Both the position numbers and the translations under genes were made by a program. Source: Gemmatimonadota bacterium (lineage in GTDB: Bacteria; Gemmatimonadota; Gemmatimonadetes; Longimicrobiales; Gaopeijiaceae). Taken from it: a stretch of 64,000 nt of DNA. The notes below the pieces were generated by a model that saw only the letters and a list, made by a program, of their open reading frames with translations, searched no databases and was not told where the DNA came from. The DNA is taken from positions 205,340 through 269,339 of the forward strand of contig JAXHMG010000002.1 of the NCBI GenBank assembly GCA_034521595.1. The letters are read 5' to 3'. Below, piece after piece: positions 27,110 through 38,180 of this stretch; the stretch's first letter is position 1, and each line of letters opens with the position of its first letter.

Positions 27110-29221
27110 ATGCAAGCAATGATGGCCAAGCTCATGGCAGCCGCCCGCATGGCCGGTCTGTCCATGGCAATCGGCATTCTGGGGGGCACGGCGCTCACCG
27201 GCTCGCCCCCCGTGGCTTCGGACCTCGCGGCACAGGAGCCCCCGCCGACGCCCACCGATGACAGCTCGGAGGGCTGGAACACGGCGCGCGCCCTCGAGCT
27301 CGTGGAGCGCGCCCGGGAGCAGCGGCAGTCGCTCGTGGTGGACAGCACCATGCACTCCTACCGGGCCGACGCGCGCGGCCACGTCTACTTCTTCATGGAC
27401 CGCGCCGGCGGCGATACGCGCTCCCTCGTCAAGGCCGACCAGATCGCCCTGGACGTGATGTGGCAAGCGCCCGGTCGGACCAAGCAGCACATCGCGGGCC
27501 TTCGCGACCGGAAGCTCCTCCCCACCGACATCCGCTACCACCTCGACCACCTCACCATCGTCCAGGACGACTTCGGCGACTCGATGCGGATGGGTGACGG
27601 CGACGAGGTGTCCGAAGTCCTCCATCCGGTCGGGCCGAGCTCCGAGGACACCTACGACTTCCTCGTGGCCGATTCGCTCACCCTCCTCCTTCCGGAGAGG
27701 GAAGGGCGGGTACAGGTCTTCGAGCTTCGCGTGCGCCCGAAGAGCCTGGACCGTCCGGGCTTCGTGGGAAGCGTGTTCCTCGACCAGGCCACGGCGGCCA
27801 TCGTGCGGATGAATTTCTCCTTCACGCCGGCCTCCTACGTCGACCCGTACATCGACTACATCCGGGTGTCGCTCGACAACTCGCTGTGGATGGGACGGCA
27901 CTGGCTCCCCTATCGCCAGGAGATGGAGATCCGGCGCGAGCTTCCGTTCATGGACTTCCTCGCCGGAAGCGTCATCCGAGGACGCTTCGAAGTTCGGGAC
28001 TACGAGTTCAACGTGGCGTTCCCGCCGACGACGTTCACCGGTCAGGAGGTCACGTCTGCTTCCATCACGGAGCGAGAGGCGTTTCCGTTCACGGAGCCCC
28101 TGCTCGCCGGGCTCGACGAGGAAGGGCTGGCTCCGACCCCCTCGCTTTCCGACGTCGAGAAGCAGGTGCGGGAGGTCGTCGAAGACCGGTTCCTGACGGG
28201 TCTCGCGCCCTTGCGCTTCCATCTACCCTCGATCTCCGAAGCTTTCCGGTACAACCGTGCCGAAGGGGTCTTTCTCGGCGCCGGAGCATCGCTCCGGCCC
28301 AGCGACCGGATCCAGCTGCGCGGTGCGGCCGGCTACGCGCTCGGACGCGAAAAGCCGTCCGGTTCCCTCGCGGTCACCACCGCGCGCGGGCGCCGCGTCC
28401 ATCCGCGTGTCGATCTCTACTGGAATGCGTCCCGGGACATCGGCGGCCACCCCGGAGCCCCCCCGCTCGAGAACACGATCGCGGCGCTGTCGGGCCGGAA
28501 GGACTACCTCGACCCGTACTTCGCCCGAGGCGCGGCGATCACCTTCCAGGGCCGCTCCGCGACCGAAGGCCCTAGGCTCACGCTCCGCTGGGAGCAGCAC
28601 CATCAGGCCCGGGACGTGGTCTCCGACGACCTCACCACGACCGAGTACCGACCCGTGCGGGGGATCGACCGGGGCACGTTGGGAAGCGCCGAGCTGACCG
28701 TGCCCGTCTCCCTCACGCCCACGACCTCCGCCGAAGGAACCCTCACCGGCGGCCGGATCGCCAGTCGCGCCTTCGCGACCCTCGGGCTCGAAGCACGACA
28801 GACCTTCGACCTCCACCCGCTTCGCGGAGACGGCGAGGTCTCGGCCGCCACCGGCTGGGCCACGGGAGACGCCCCCGCGCAGGCGCTCTACCTGCTCGGT
28901 GGCCGCACGACGCTACCCGGACACGGCTACCGTGATTTCGTCGGCGACCGCTACTGGCTCGTGCGAGCGGAAGGCACCATCCCGGTATACGAGCCCTGGA
29001 TCGGCGTGCGTCTCATCGGCGCGGCGGGCGCGACCTATCTCGGTCCGAGGGATCTCCCGGAGCGCTGGACGTCCGAGGACTCGAACGGCGTGCGGGCCTC
29101 GGTCGGTGCGGGTCTCTCCCTCGCGTGGGACATCATGCGCATCGACCTGGCCTACGGGGTGCGAGGCGGCGGCTGGGAAGCCGTCTTCTCCGTCGCTCCC
29201 GGGTTGCGGCCCTGGATCTAA
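27110..29221 (+). CDS. Secreted, probably outer-membrane protein (DUF5686-like N-terminus, beta-barrel-like C-terminus)
   Basis: Signal peptide, RYNRAEG and LGGRTTLPG motifs, and C-terminal amphipathic beta strands (RIDLAYG). Exact start uncertain. Confidence 0.6.
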   Translation: MQAMMAKLMAAARMAGLSMAIGILGGTALTGSPPVASDLAAQEPPPTPTDDSSEGWNTARALELVERAREQRQSLVVDSTMHSYRADARGHVYFFMDRAGGDTRSLVKADQIALDVMWQAPGRTKQHIAGLRDRKLLPTDIRYHLDHLTIVQDDFGDSMRMGDGDEVSEVLHPVGPSSEDTYDFLVADSLTLLLPEREGRVQVFELRVRPKSLDRPGFVGSVFLDQATAAIVRMNFSFTPASYVDPYIDYIRVSLDNSLWMGRHWLPYRQEMEIRRELPFMDFLAGSVIRGRFEVRDYEFNVAFPPTTFTGQEVTSASITEREAFPFTEPLLAGLDEEGLAPTPSLSDVEKQVREVVEDRFLTGLAPLRFHLPSISEAFRYNRAEGVFLGAGASLRPSDRIQLRGAAGYALGREKPSGSLAVTTARGRRVHPRVDLYWNASRDIGGHPGAPPLENTIAALSGRKDYLDPYFARGAAITFQGRSATEGPRLTLRWEQHHQARDVVSDDLTTTEYRPVRGIDRGTLGSAELTVPVSLTPTTSAEGTLTGGRIASRAFATLGLEARQTFDLHPLRGDGEVSAATGWATGDAPAQALYLLGGRTTLPGHGYRDFVGDRYWLVRAEGTIPVYEPWIGVRLIGAAGATYLGPRDLPERWTSEDSNGVRASVGAGLSLAWDIMRIDLAYGVRGGGWEAVFSVAPGLRPWI

Positions 29222-29344
29222 GCTCGACGGCGGCCCCCGGCCGGCGGGACAGGGCGGTGAGCGTACGGAACGGGCGTCCCTCGTCCACGCGCCCACCGCC
29301 TCCGCCCCGAGCGCCGCTCCGCCGGCCACCGGGCCCCGGTCGAT

Positions 29345-29710
29345 TCAGGCGGCCGCGGACACGTCCTCGTCGTCCTCCGCGCTCTTCGGGGACAGAAGCA
29401 CGACCTCGCGGGCGATCACCTCCGCGGTGGGGATGACCACTCCGTCCCGCTCGTACGAGTCGTACTCGACCCGACCCTCGACGTAGATGCGGTCGCCCGT
29501 GCCGATGTAGTCCTCGGCGAACTGCGCGAGCCGGTTCCAAAGCGTCAGCCGGTGCCAGTCCGTGCGCTCCTCCCCTTCGTTGCCGGGGACGGGGCGCCGG
29601 TTCGTCGCCAGCGAAAAGTGCGCGACCTTGGTTCCGTTCTTCGTCTGCTGCACGTCCGGGTCACGCCCGACGTTCCCGATCAGCGTGATCCTGTTGACCG
29701 AACGACTCAT
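29345..29710 (-). CDS. ssb: Single-stranded DNA-binding protein (short, no DDIPF tail)
   Basis: VNRITLIGNVGRDP, FSLAT, TDWHR and IYVEG motifs. Confidence 0.93.
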   Translation of the reverse strand: MSRSVNRITLIGNVGRDPDVQQTKNGTKVAHFSLATNRRPVPGNEGEERTDWHRLTLWNRLAQFAEDYIGTGDRIYVEGRVEYDSYERDGVVIPTAEVIAREVVLLSPKSAEDDEDVSAAA

Positions 29711-29835
29711 GGGTCCTCCTCCGAGATGGGTGCGTACCGCCCGGCATGCGACGGTCCGGGCGTGTTTCGACCCTCAGGATGGAAGACCCGACCGGGCGCC
29801 ACGATGGCGGAACGGGCCAATGTCTCGCCCCGGGC

Positions 29836-32625
29836 TCAACCCTTGCATTCGTACCAGTTCGGGCCCACACCCCACTCGGCCACGAGCGGCACGTTCAGCT
29901 CGAGCGCAGCCTCCATGCGCGACACCACGAGCTTCCGCGCCGCCTCCACTTCCGCTTCGGGGACCTCGAGCAACAGCTCGTCGTGGACCTGGAGCAGAAT
30001 CGCCGCCGACGTGTCGGCTTCGTCGAGCGCCGCCTGCACCTCGATCATCGCCTTCTTCATGAGATCGGCCGCGGTTCCCTGGATCGGGGTGTTCTGGGCC
30101 ACGCGCTCACCGAACTGCCGCAGGTTCCAGTTTCCCGATTCGAGCTCGGGGACGTAGCGGCGGCGTCCGAGCAACGTCTCGACATACCCGTGCTCTTTGG
30201 CCGACTCCACCTGGGCGTCCAGGAAGGTCCGCACACCCTCGAAGCGCTCGAAGTAGGTATCGATGAACTCCTTGGCTTCTTCGCGCGTGATCCCGAGCCG
30301 CTTGGCCAGCGAAAACGGGCCCTGGCCGTAGAGGGTGGCGAAGTTCACCGTCTTCGCCCGCGCCCGCATGTCCGCGGTGACGTCCGCCACGTCCACGTCG
30401 AAGATGACGGCGGCCGTCTGGCGGTGAACGTCGACCCCGTCCCGGAACGCGCGCACGAAGGCTTCGTCCCCCGAGAAGTGCGCGAGAACGCGGAGCTCGA
30501 TCTGTGAGTAGTCGACCCCGAGAAAGAGCGTGCCCGGCGCCGCCACGAATCCCTTGCGGATCTCCCGCCCCAAATCCGTACGGATCGGGATATTCTGCAA
30601 GTTGGGCTCGCTCGACGAGAGCCGTCCCGTGGCCGCGACGGTCTGGTTGAAGCTCGTATGGAGGCGACCCGTGCGGGAGTTCACGAGCTGCGGGAGAGCG
30701 TCGACGTACGTGGAGCGGAGCTTTTCGAGCTCGCGGTATTCGATCATCAGGCGGGGCACGTCGTGCCCCATGGCCGCGAGCTCCTCGAGCACCGACGCGT
30801 CCGTCGAAGGGCCCGTCTTCGTCTTCTTCAGCACCGGGAGCTCCAGCTTCTCGAACAGCACCTCCCGGAGCTGAGGCGTCGAGTTCAAGTTGAAGTCGCC
30901 CCCGGCGATCTTGTAGATCTCCTCCCCGATCAGCTCGAGCTCGCGCTTGAGCCGCCCCCGCATCTCCTCGAAGAACGCCTCGTCGATGCCGATGCCGATA
31001 CGCTCCATGCGGGTCAGCACCGGCACGAGCGGCATCTCGAGCTCGACCATCAGGTCGGCGAGGGCATGCTCCGCGAGCCGGTCGCGGAGGCGTTCCGTCA
31101 GCGTGAGGGCGACCGTCGCCGCTTCGCCCAGGTAGTCGCGCATCCCCGCCGGCGGCGCCTCGGGCACGGCGATCCTGTCTCGTCCGCTCCCCACCACGTC
31201 CGCGAGGGACTGCGGCTTGTGGCCGAGCTCCTCCATGGAGAGGGTCCCGAGCTCGTGGCCGCGACGGCCCGGGTCGAGCACGTAGCTCGCCACCATCACG
31301 TCGAACGCCATCCCGCGGAGCGTCACGCCTCCGAGTGAGAGGGCGAGCGCCGTCGCCTTGAGGTCATGGCCCACCTTGGGCGCGTCGTCGTCCTCCAGGT
31401 ACGCGCGGAGAGGGGCGAGCGCCTCGCTGTCGAGCGCCGGGAGATTCCCGGGCACCCCGTTCCCCTCGTCGCCGTCCTCGCCTTCCAAGGAGAGCTCGAG
31501 AGGACGTCCGTGCCCGAAGGGAAGGTACCAGGCCTCTCCTCCCGACACCGCGAACGCGATACCGACGAGCTCGCCGCGAAGGATGCTCGCCTTCGACGCC
31601 TGGGCGACCACGGCGACCCGCTCTTCGGCGCGGAGGCGCTCGACGAGACGGTCCACCTCGCCCGGATCCTTGACGATCCGATACACGACCGTGGCTCCGG
31701 CCACGCCGTCTTCCTCCCCCTCGCCCCGAGCCGCGGTCGCGAACTGGTCCGTGAGACGACGGAACTCGAGCTCGAGGAAGAGGTCGCGCAGCTTCTCGTT
31801 GTCCGGAACGCCCAGGCGGAGCTGTTCCAGGTCCAGATCGATGGGCAGGTCGGTCATGATCGTGACGAGCCGCTCGGAGATCCGCACGTCGTCGGCGTGC
31901 TCACGCAACGGCTTGGCGGCTCGAGCGGGCTGGACGTTCTCCGCGTCCTCGAGGAGCGACTCGATGTCGGCATACTCCTCGATGAGCGACACGGCGGTCT
32001 TCGGACCGATGCCGCGCGCCCCCGGCACGTTGTCGGAGGAATCCCCCACCAGCGCCAGATAGTCGATGACCCGGGACGGAGGAATGCCGAACTTCTCCAC
32101 CGCGTTCTCCTCCGTGACCCACTCGGCCGCGACGCCGTTCGCGCCCCCGCGCCCGGGATTCAGGAGATGCACGCCCGGCTGCACGAGTTGGTAGAAGTCC
32201 TTGTCCCCCGAGACGATGACGGCCTCCAAGCCGGCGTCCCGCGCCTGGAGCGCCAATGTTCCGATCACGTCGTCGGCCTCGTATCCGTCCAACTCGATGA
32301 CGGCGTCGTTGAACGCTTCGACGATCTCCCGTATCCGCCCGAGGCTGTCGCGCAAATCGTCGGGCATCTTCTCGCGCGTGGCCTTGTACTCGGGGTACGC
32401 CTCGTCACGGAACGACGTCCCCGCGTCGAACACCACGGCCAGGTAGTCCGGCTCGAAGTCCTCACGGATGTCGAGGAGAAAGCGGGTAAAGCCGAAGGGC
32501 GCGGACGTGTTCTCACCCGCCGCGTTCGACAGGGGCCGGTTGATGAACGCGAAGTACGCCCGGTAGATGAGCGCGTACGCGTCGATCAGAAAGATGCGGG
32601 GGGCGGTTTTCGGCGGGATGTCCAA
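29836..32625 (-). CDS. polA: DNA polymerase I
   Basis: 5'-3' exonuclease domain (YEADD, GDSSDN) and polymerase motifs TGRLSS, DYSQIELR and QVHDEL. Confidence 0.97.
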   Translation of the reverse strand: MDIPPKTAPRIFLIDAYALIYRAYFAFINRPLSNAAGENTSAPFGFTRFLLDIREDFEPDYLAVVFDAGTSFRDEAYPEYKATREKMPDDLRDSLGRIREIVEAFNDAVIELDGYEADDVIGTLALQARDAGLEAVIVSGDKDFYQLVQPGVHLLNPGRGGANGVAAEWVTEENAVEKFGIPPSRVIDYLALVGDSSDNVPGARGIGPKTAVSLIEEYADIESLLEDAENVQPARAAKPLREHADDVRISERLVTIMTDLPIDLDLEQLRLGVPDNEKLRDLFLELEFRRLTDQFATAARGEGEEDGVAGATVVYRIVKDPGEVDRLVERLRAEERVAVVAQASKASILRGELVGIAFAVSGGEAWYLPFGHGRPLELSLEGEDGDEGNGVPGNLPALDSEALAPLRAYLEDDDAPKVGHDLKATALALSLGGVTLRGMAFDVMVASYVLDPGRRGHELGTLSMEELGHKPQSLADVVGSGRDRIAVPEAPPAGMRDYLGEAATVALTLTERLRDRLAEHALADLMVELEMPLVPVLTRMERIGIGIDEAFFEEMRGRLKRELELIGEEIYKIAGGDFNLNSTPQLREVLFEKLELPVLKKTKTGPSTDASVLEELAAMGHDVPRLMIEYRELEKLRSTYVDALPQLVNSRTGRLHTSFNQTVAATGRLSSSEPNLQNIPIRTDLGREIRKGFVAAPGTLFLGVDYSQIELRVLAHFSGDEAFVRAFRDGVDVHRQTAAVIFDVDVADVTADMRARAKTVNFATLYGQGPFSLAKRLGITREEAKEFIDTYFERFEGVRTFLDAQVESAKEHGYVETLLGRRRYVPELESGNWNLRQFGERVAQNTPIQGTAADLMKKAMIEVQAALDEADTSAAILLQVHDELLLEVPEAEVEAARKLVVSRMEAALELNVPLVAEWGVGPNWYECKG

Positions 32626-32728
32626 GGCGCGTCGGGGTCCGGGGATCGAGACGAAGCAAGATAGCAGCCCGTGGTAGAAGATGGCCCCCGCACGTCCATG
32701 ATCTTCGGCGAGGCGACGTGGTCCGGGC

Positions 32729-35203
32729 TCAGTCCTCTCCCTGTTCGTAGAGCACTCGGTACAGCCCCAGGTTCCGGCGCACGTTCTTCACGTACCCGCG
32801 GGTCTCCGCGAACGGAATTCGCTCCGTGAAGCGCAGCTCGTCGGCGGCTTCCGGATATCGCCGCCAACGGTTGGCCCGCGTCGGCCCGGCGTTGTACGCC
32901 GAGAGCACGAGCGGCAGCGCTCCGTCGTAGCGCTCGGTCATATCCCTGAGGAACGCCGAGCCCAGATGCAGGTTGATCTCGGGGGTAGAGAGCACGTCCG
33001 AGGTGAAATCCACGGGCCCGTGCCGACGGGCGAGCTGCTCTCCGGTCGGCGGCATGACCTGCATGAGCCCGATGGCGCCGGCGTGGCTCACGATATCCGC
33101 CTTGAACGCGGACTCCTGGCGGATCAGCGCCGCGAGCATGATCGGATCCACGCCCCACTCCTCCGCCTCCCGGCGGACGAGCTCGCGGTACGGGAACGGG
33201 AAGGTCACCCTCAGGACCGCCCGGTCCCAGCCGCCGCTCTCGCGAAGCGCCCAACCCAGGCTGATGCCGTCGATCGTGCGGCCCCGCTCGATGAGCGCCT
33301 CGGCGAGACGGAGCGTGACCGCCCGGTCGCCACGAGCGCGGTCCCGGAGCCGCGCCACCTCCGCGTCCGCGCCCCGCCGCAGGTCGGCCTCGACGAGCAT
33401 GTCGAGGCGGTCCAGCCCCTCGCTGAGCCACGCGGGCTCCTCGGGCTCGACCCCTTCCGAAAGCTCGACGGAATACGGCTCACCCAGGAGGTCGGCCGCC
33501 ATCACGGCATAGTACGAAGTCGGTTGCCCCAGCACCCGCCGCAGGTGCTCCGTCCCGGCCGCCCGGTCACCCAGCTCCAGGCGCACCCGTCCGGCCCAAT
33601 AGGTGGCCTCCTCCCAACGCCGGCCGTCGGGAAACTCTTCGATGTACGCCTCGAACGTACGGGCGGCTTCCTCCAGCGCTCCCCGCCCGAGATGGATCTG
33701 GCCCACGCGCATGCGCGCCTGTCCGGCCCGGGAATGCGTGCGAGCGTTCTCGGCCACGGCCCGGTAGTGCTCGAGCGCTTCCTCCTCGCGGCCCGCGCTC
33801 TCGGCGTCGTAGCCACGCATGAAGACGATCTCGGCTGCTTGGGCGCTCTCGGGGTAGTCCTCGACCAGCCAGCGTCGCAGCGTCCGCTCGTGCTGGGGAA
33901 GGCCCTGACGATCCCGCATGCGGGCCCAGATCTGGAGGTTGCGGGCCGCGAGGCGCCGGTCGGAGAGCGTTTCCCGGAGCGAGCGGAATTCCGCCAACGC
34001 CTCGTCCTGCCGGTCGCGCACGGTGGCCATGAGCCGCGCCCGCGCGAGTCGGGCCGCGTCGGGAAGGAGCTCACCGCGCCGCTCCGCCTGTCGCTGCGCC
34101 CGGTCGTAGGCGTCCAGCGCCCGCCGTCCGTCGCCGGCCCGGTCGAGGATGGGCGCCACCCTCAGATGCTCCTCGAGCTCCAGGTCGCCGAGGTCCACGA
34201 GCGCCGCCGCCGCTCGCGAACGGGTCGATCTCCGCCCCTCTTCCAACCCCCTCTCGAAGAGCGGACGTGCTCCCGCCGTGTCGCCCTCGGCCAGGAGGAG
34301 TCGTCCGAGGTCCACCCCTGCCTCCGCTGCCCGCGCGCTTCCGATGCCGGAGCCCTCCTCCAGCAGATCCGCGAGCACCTCGGCCGCCCGGGCCGAATCG
34401 CCCGCCGTGAGAAACGCGTCCGCCTCCGCCCGCCACACCTTCGCCGCCGCGGTCGGGTCGGTCACGAGCGCGACGAGGGTGCGCGTGCTCGCCGTATCTC
34501 CCTTTTCGACGGCGTCGGGCACCAGATCGGCGGCCAGCCAGCTCCGCACCACCGGTGCCCCGTCGAACGCCGCCAGACGCGCTTCCGCGTCGCGGTGCTC
34601 GCCCGCCCGCCAATGCGAGCGCAAGCCGCGCGCCCGCGCCGCCGGACGTTCCTCCGCGTTGACGCTCGAGACCTCCAGGTACCGGTCGAAGCGCTCCGCG
34701 GCCTCCGACCAAGCTTCCGCATGCTCGTACGCTCGGCCGAGCAGAAAGAGTCCTTCGCCGCCGCTCACCTCGTCCAGCCAAGCAGCGCCCTCGAGAAGCT
34801 CCAGCACGCCGGGCCAGTTGTTCCACCCGGCCTCGGCCCGCGCCAGCAGGAGGACGTTCCGGGGATCGCTCGAAGCCATCCCCTCGTCACGGAGGGCCAA
34901 CGCCGCGTGCCAGTACCGACCCACGGCCAGGTCGTCGAGCGCCGAGTCGGAGGGCATGTCCCGGAGCGCGTCATGGTCCGCGGGGTCGTCGGCCCGCCGG
35001 GCGGCGAAGCCGATCTCGTACCCGGCTCGGGTTTCCCGTGCCTCCGGGACCGCGACGTCCGCGCCGTCCGCGTCTCCGGACGAGGTGGGCTGCGCGACGG
35101 CCCGAGAAACGCCGCTACGTTCGTGACCGGGCGCGCTCACCCCCGAGACGAGGATCGTGAGCGTCCCGACCGTGAGCACCCAGGGAAATATTGATCGTGG
35201 CAT
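32729..35203 (-). CDS. Soluble lytic transglycosylase with TPR repeats
   Basis: IRQES, AIGLMQ, AYNAG and ETRGYV motifs. Signal peptide from ATG 35203. Confidence 0.9.
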   Translation of the reverse strand: MPRSIFPWVLTVGTLTILVSGVSAPGHERSGVSRAVAQPTSSGDADGADVAVPEARETRAGYEIGFAARRADDPADHDALRDMPSDSALDDLAVGRYWHAALALRDEGMASSDPRNVLLLARAEAGWNNWPGVLELLEGAAWLDEVSGGEGLFLLGRAYEHAEAWSEAAERFDRYLEVSSVNAEERPAARARGLRSHWRAGEHRDAEARLAAFDGAPVVRSWLAADLVPDAVEKGDTASTRTLVALVTDPTAAAKVWRAEADAFLTAGDSARAAEVLADLLEEGSGIGSARAAEAGVDLGRLLLAEGDTAGARPLFERGLEEGRRSTRSRAAAALVDLGDLELEEHLRVAPILDRAGDGRRALDAYDRAQRQAERRGELLPDAARLARARLMATVRDRQDEALAEFRSLRETLSDRRLAARNLQIWARMRDRQGLPQHERTLRRWLVEDYPESAQAAEIVFMRGYDAESAGREEEALEHYRAVAENARTHSRAGQARMRVGQIHLGRGALEEAARTFEAYIEEFPDGRRWEEATYWAGRVRLELGDRAAGTEHLRRVLGQPTSYYAVMAADLLGEPYSVELSEGVEPEEPAWLSEGLDRLDMLVEADLRRGADAEVARLRDRARGDRAVTLRLAEALIERGRTIDGISLGWALRESGGWDRAVLRVTFPFPYRELVRREAEEWGVDPIMLAALIRQESAFKADIVSHAGAIGLMQVMPPTGEQLARRHGPVDFTSDVLSTPEINLHLGSAFLRDMTERYDGALPLVLSAYNAGPTRANRWRRYPEAADELRFTERIPFAETRGYVKNVRRNLGLYRVLYEQGED

Positions 35204-35250
35204 ATCCCATCGTATCGCTGCTGCGCTCCAGATGTTCCCGAACGCGCGAA

Positions 35251-35282
35251 GGGCCGGCCCGGCTTCTCGCCGGACCGGCCCC
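35251..35282 (-). terminator. GC-rich hairpin downstream of the ExbB/TolQ gene
   Basis: GGGCCGG...CCGGCCC stem with an internal CCGGC/GCCGG stem. Confidence 0.4.
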
Positions 35283-35312
35283 TCTTCGACCGTTGTCGAA
35301 GATCGCGGCCGG

Positions 35313-36023
35313 CTAGCTGCTGCTGCCGCCGCCCTCGCGTCCCATCTCGATCGCATGGATGGTATCCACCATCTTCTGCGCGGACTCCTCCATGTCGATG
35401 ACGAGGCTGTCGATACGGGCGACGAAGTAGTTGTGCCCGATGGACACCGGAATCGCGATGGCCAGACCGCCGGCCGTCGTCAGCAGAGCAACCTTAATAC
35501 CACCCGCCACGAGCGTGGCTTCGACCTCACCGGCGGCCTCGATCGACTGGAAGGCGATGATCATGCCGATCACCGTCCCGAGGAAGCCGAGGAGCGGTGC
35601 GACGTTGGTGAGCGTCGCGAGAACGACGAGCCCCTTCTCGAGCTTGCTCATCTCGATCAGGCCCTGGTTCTCGATGGCCTTCATGACCCGCTCCGTACCC
35701 TCGTCGGCCCGCTCGAGGCCGGCGTAGAGGATGTTCGCGGCGGGCGCGTCGCTGTCACGGGTGTACTCCAGCGCCTCACGAATCCGGCGCTGCGTCAGCA
35801 TCTCGTCGACCTCTCTAAGGATCTGGCGCGTCTTGGAGGCCTTCGCCGTCAAGGTGATGAACTTGACGAGGATGACGATGATGCCGAGCACCAGACAGAG
35901 GGCCAGCGGCCAACGCATGAAGCCCGTGTTCTCCCAATTCGTCACCAGCTGCTCTTGCCAGGTCAGCTCAGGTGAGTCGACGCCTGGGATCTGGAGCAGT
36001 GCGGCGTACAGGTGCATCGCCAA
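35313..36023 (-). CDS. MotA/TolQ/ExbB proton channel family protein
   Basis: APLLGFLGTVIGMI and ALLTTAGGL motifs. GGAGG RBS, with TTGACA about 115 nt upstream. Confidence 0.92.
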   Translation of the reverse strand: MAMHLYAALLQIPGVDSPELTWQEQLVTNWENTGFMRWPLALCLVLGIIVILVKFITLTAKASKTRQILREVDEMLTQRRIREALEYTRDSDAPAANILYAGLERADEGTERVMKAIENQGLIEMSKLEKGLVVLATLTNVAPLLGFLGTVIGMIIAFQSIEAAGEVEATLVAGGIKVALLTTAGGLAIAIPVSIGHNYFVARIDSLVIDMEESAQKMVDTIHAIEMGREGGGSSS

Positions 36024-36147
36024 GGGGGACCTCCAGCGTAGTTTCTAGTGTGTGCGTTACGGACGCCCGCCACCTGTGAAGCTCGGGTGGACGGGCGATT
36101 TTTCGAGGGTCGCAACATGGTGTTCCCCCCTTGAGAGTGTCAAGTCC

Positions 36148-37164
36148 CTATTTTGGGCCGTTGTCGCGGGCCTTGTGGCAGGCCGCACGACGTCCGGGAG
36201 CCCAGTCTTCGAGCGATGGCAACGTGCTTCGGCACGTCTCGTCCTTGTCCGGATGTGGACATCGAGGGTGGAACGGACACCCTCCCGGAGGATCGATCGG
36301 GCTCGGTACGTCGCCCGGCAGCACGATGCGCCTCCGCTGCGCCCTCCCCACCGGATCCGGGCGGGGAACCGCCGAGAGCAGCGCGCGGGTGTAGGGGTGC
36401 AGCGGCTCGCGATAGAGATCGGCGGCCGGCGCCGTCTCGACGACACGGCCGAGATACATGACCGCCACGTGGTCGCTCACGTGCTCGATGAGGGCGAGAT
36501 CGTGCGCGATGAAGAGGTAGGTGAGTCCGAGCTCGCGCTGCAGATCCTCCAGGAGATTCACCACCTGGGCCTGGACCGACACGTCCAGCGCGCTCACCGG
36601 CTCGTCCAGCACCAGGAAATCCGGCTCGACCGACAGCGCGCGCGCGATCCCGAGCCGCTGCCTCTGCCCTCCGCTGAACTCGTGTGGATACCGGTCCACG
36701 TGCTCCGCGCGGAGTCCCACCCGCTCCAGGAGCTCGACCACCCGGTCGCGACGGCTCGCCCCCCCCAGGCCGTGCACCCGGAGCACCTCTTGCAGCATCG
36801 CACCAACCGAAACCCGCGGGTTCAGCGAGCCGAACGGGTCCTGAAAGACGATCTGAGCCCGCCTTCGGTAGCGCCGGAGCCCGCGCCGGTCGAGCGCACG
36901 AACGTCCTCCCCGTCGAAGAAGATCTCGCCCTCGTCGGGCTCGATCAGCCGGAGGATCGAGCGGCCCGTGGTGGACTTGCCGCACCCCGACTCCCCGACC
37001 AGCCCCAACGTCTCCCCTCGGCCGATGTCGAAATCCACTCCGTCGACGGCCTTCAGCACCCTCGCCTTCCGGCCCACCGTCCCCCGCCGGACCGGGAAAT
37101 AGGTCCGGAGCCCCCGGACGCGCAGCAACGGTTCCTTATCCGCTCCACGTCGGCCCGCGCTCAT
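36148..37164 (-). CDS. Oligopeptide/dipeptide ABC ATPase (OppF/DppF-like)
   Basis: [20 protein letters not shown] and GCPFHPRC motifs. Confidence 0.93.
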   Translation of the reverse strand: MSAGRRGADKEPLLRVRGLRTYFPVRRGTVGRKARVLKAVDGVDFDIGRGETLGLVGESGCGKSTTGRSILRLIEPDEGEIFFDGEDVRALDRRGLRRYRRRAQIVFQDPFGSLNPRVSVGAMLQEVLRVHGLGGASRRDRVVELLERVGLRAEHVDRYPHEFSGGQRQRLGIARALSVEPDFLVLDEPVSALDVSVQAQVVNLLEDLQRELGLTYLFIAHDLALIEHVSDHVAVMYLGRVVETAPAADLYREPLHPYTRALLSAVPRPDPVGRAQRRRIVLPGDVPSPIDPPGGCPFHPRCPHPDKDETCRSTLPSLEDWAPGRRAACHKARDNGPK

Positions 37165-38180
37165 GCCCCGCTCCCGGCCGAAGCCACCGGGCCCGCGGTG
37201 GCCCGCCAGCACCGGGCGAGGCGATCCTCACGGCCGAGCTCCACCAGCGCCTGAGGCTCGGCGCAGCGCTCTTCAGCCAGGTGGCACCGCGCCCGGAACC
37301 GGCATCCTTCCGGCCAGCGGGTGGGCGAGGGCACGGTTCCCGGGATCGGCTCGAGGCGGCGCTCCGGATGGTCGATGGAGGGCAGGGAGTCGAGCAGCCC
37401 GCGCGTGTACGGGTGGCGGGCGTCGGCGAAGATCTCCTCCACCGTGCCGCGCTCCACCACCTCGCCTGCATACATGACCACCACCCGGTCGCACACCTCC
37501 GCCACCACCCCGAGATCGTGGGTGATGAGCAGCACGGCCATCCCCCGACGCCGCCGAAGATCGGCGAGGAGCTCGAGAATCTGCGCCTGGATGGTCACGT
37601 CGAGCGCCGTCGTCGGCTCGTCGGCCACCAGGAGATCCGGCGCGCAGGAGAGCGCCATGGCGATCATGACCCGCTGACGCATCCCACCCGACAGCTCGTG
37701 GGGGTATTCGTCGAAGCGGCGGTCCGCGCCCGCGATGCCCACCTCGTCGAGCAGCCGCACGGCCTCCTCCCGCGCCGCCTTCCGCCCCAGGCCCCGGTGC
37801 AGGCGGAGAACCTCCGCGATCTGGTCCCCGATCGGGTACACCGGATTGAGCGAGCTCATCGGCTCCTGGAAGATCATCGAGATCTCGTTGCCCCGGAGCC
37901 GGCGCATGCGCCGCGCGCTCGCCCCGACGAGCTCCTCTCCCCGGTACCGGATCGAGCTGCCTTCGAGGATCCGGGCGGGCGGCGTCGGGAGCAGCCCGAG
38001 GATCGACAGCGACGTCACGGTCTTGCCACAGCCGGACTCACCCACGATGCCCACCGTCTCGCCCGCCCGCACGTCGAAGGAGATCCCGTCGACCGCTCGC
38101 GCGGTTCCCTGATCCGTGTCGAACCAGGTCCGGAGGTTCGCGACCGAGAGCATCGGACCGGCACCACCCACCGCCGTCAC
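37161..38180 (-). CDS. Oligopeptide/dipeptide ABC ATPase (OppD/DppD-like)
   Basis: [24 protein letters not shown] and [11 protein letters not shown] 38180 overlaps the upstream stop. Confidence 0.93.
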   Translation of the reverse strand: MTAVGGAGPMLSVANLRTWFDTDQGTARAVDGISFDVRAGETVGIVGESGCGKTVTSLSILGLLPTPPARILEGSSIRYRGEELVGASARRMRRLRGNEISMIFQEPMSSLNPVYPIGDQIAEVLRLHRGLGRKAAREEAVRLLDEVGIAGADRRFDEYPHELSGGMRQRVMIAMALSCAPDLLVADEPTTALDVTIQAQILELLADLRRRRGMAVLLITHDLGVVAEVCDRVVVMYAGEVVERGTVEEIFADARHPYTRGLLDSLPSIDHPERRLEPIPGTVPSPTRWPEGCRFRARCHLAEERCAEPQALVELGREDRLARCWRATAGPVASAGSGA

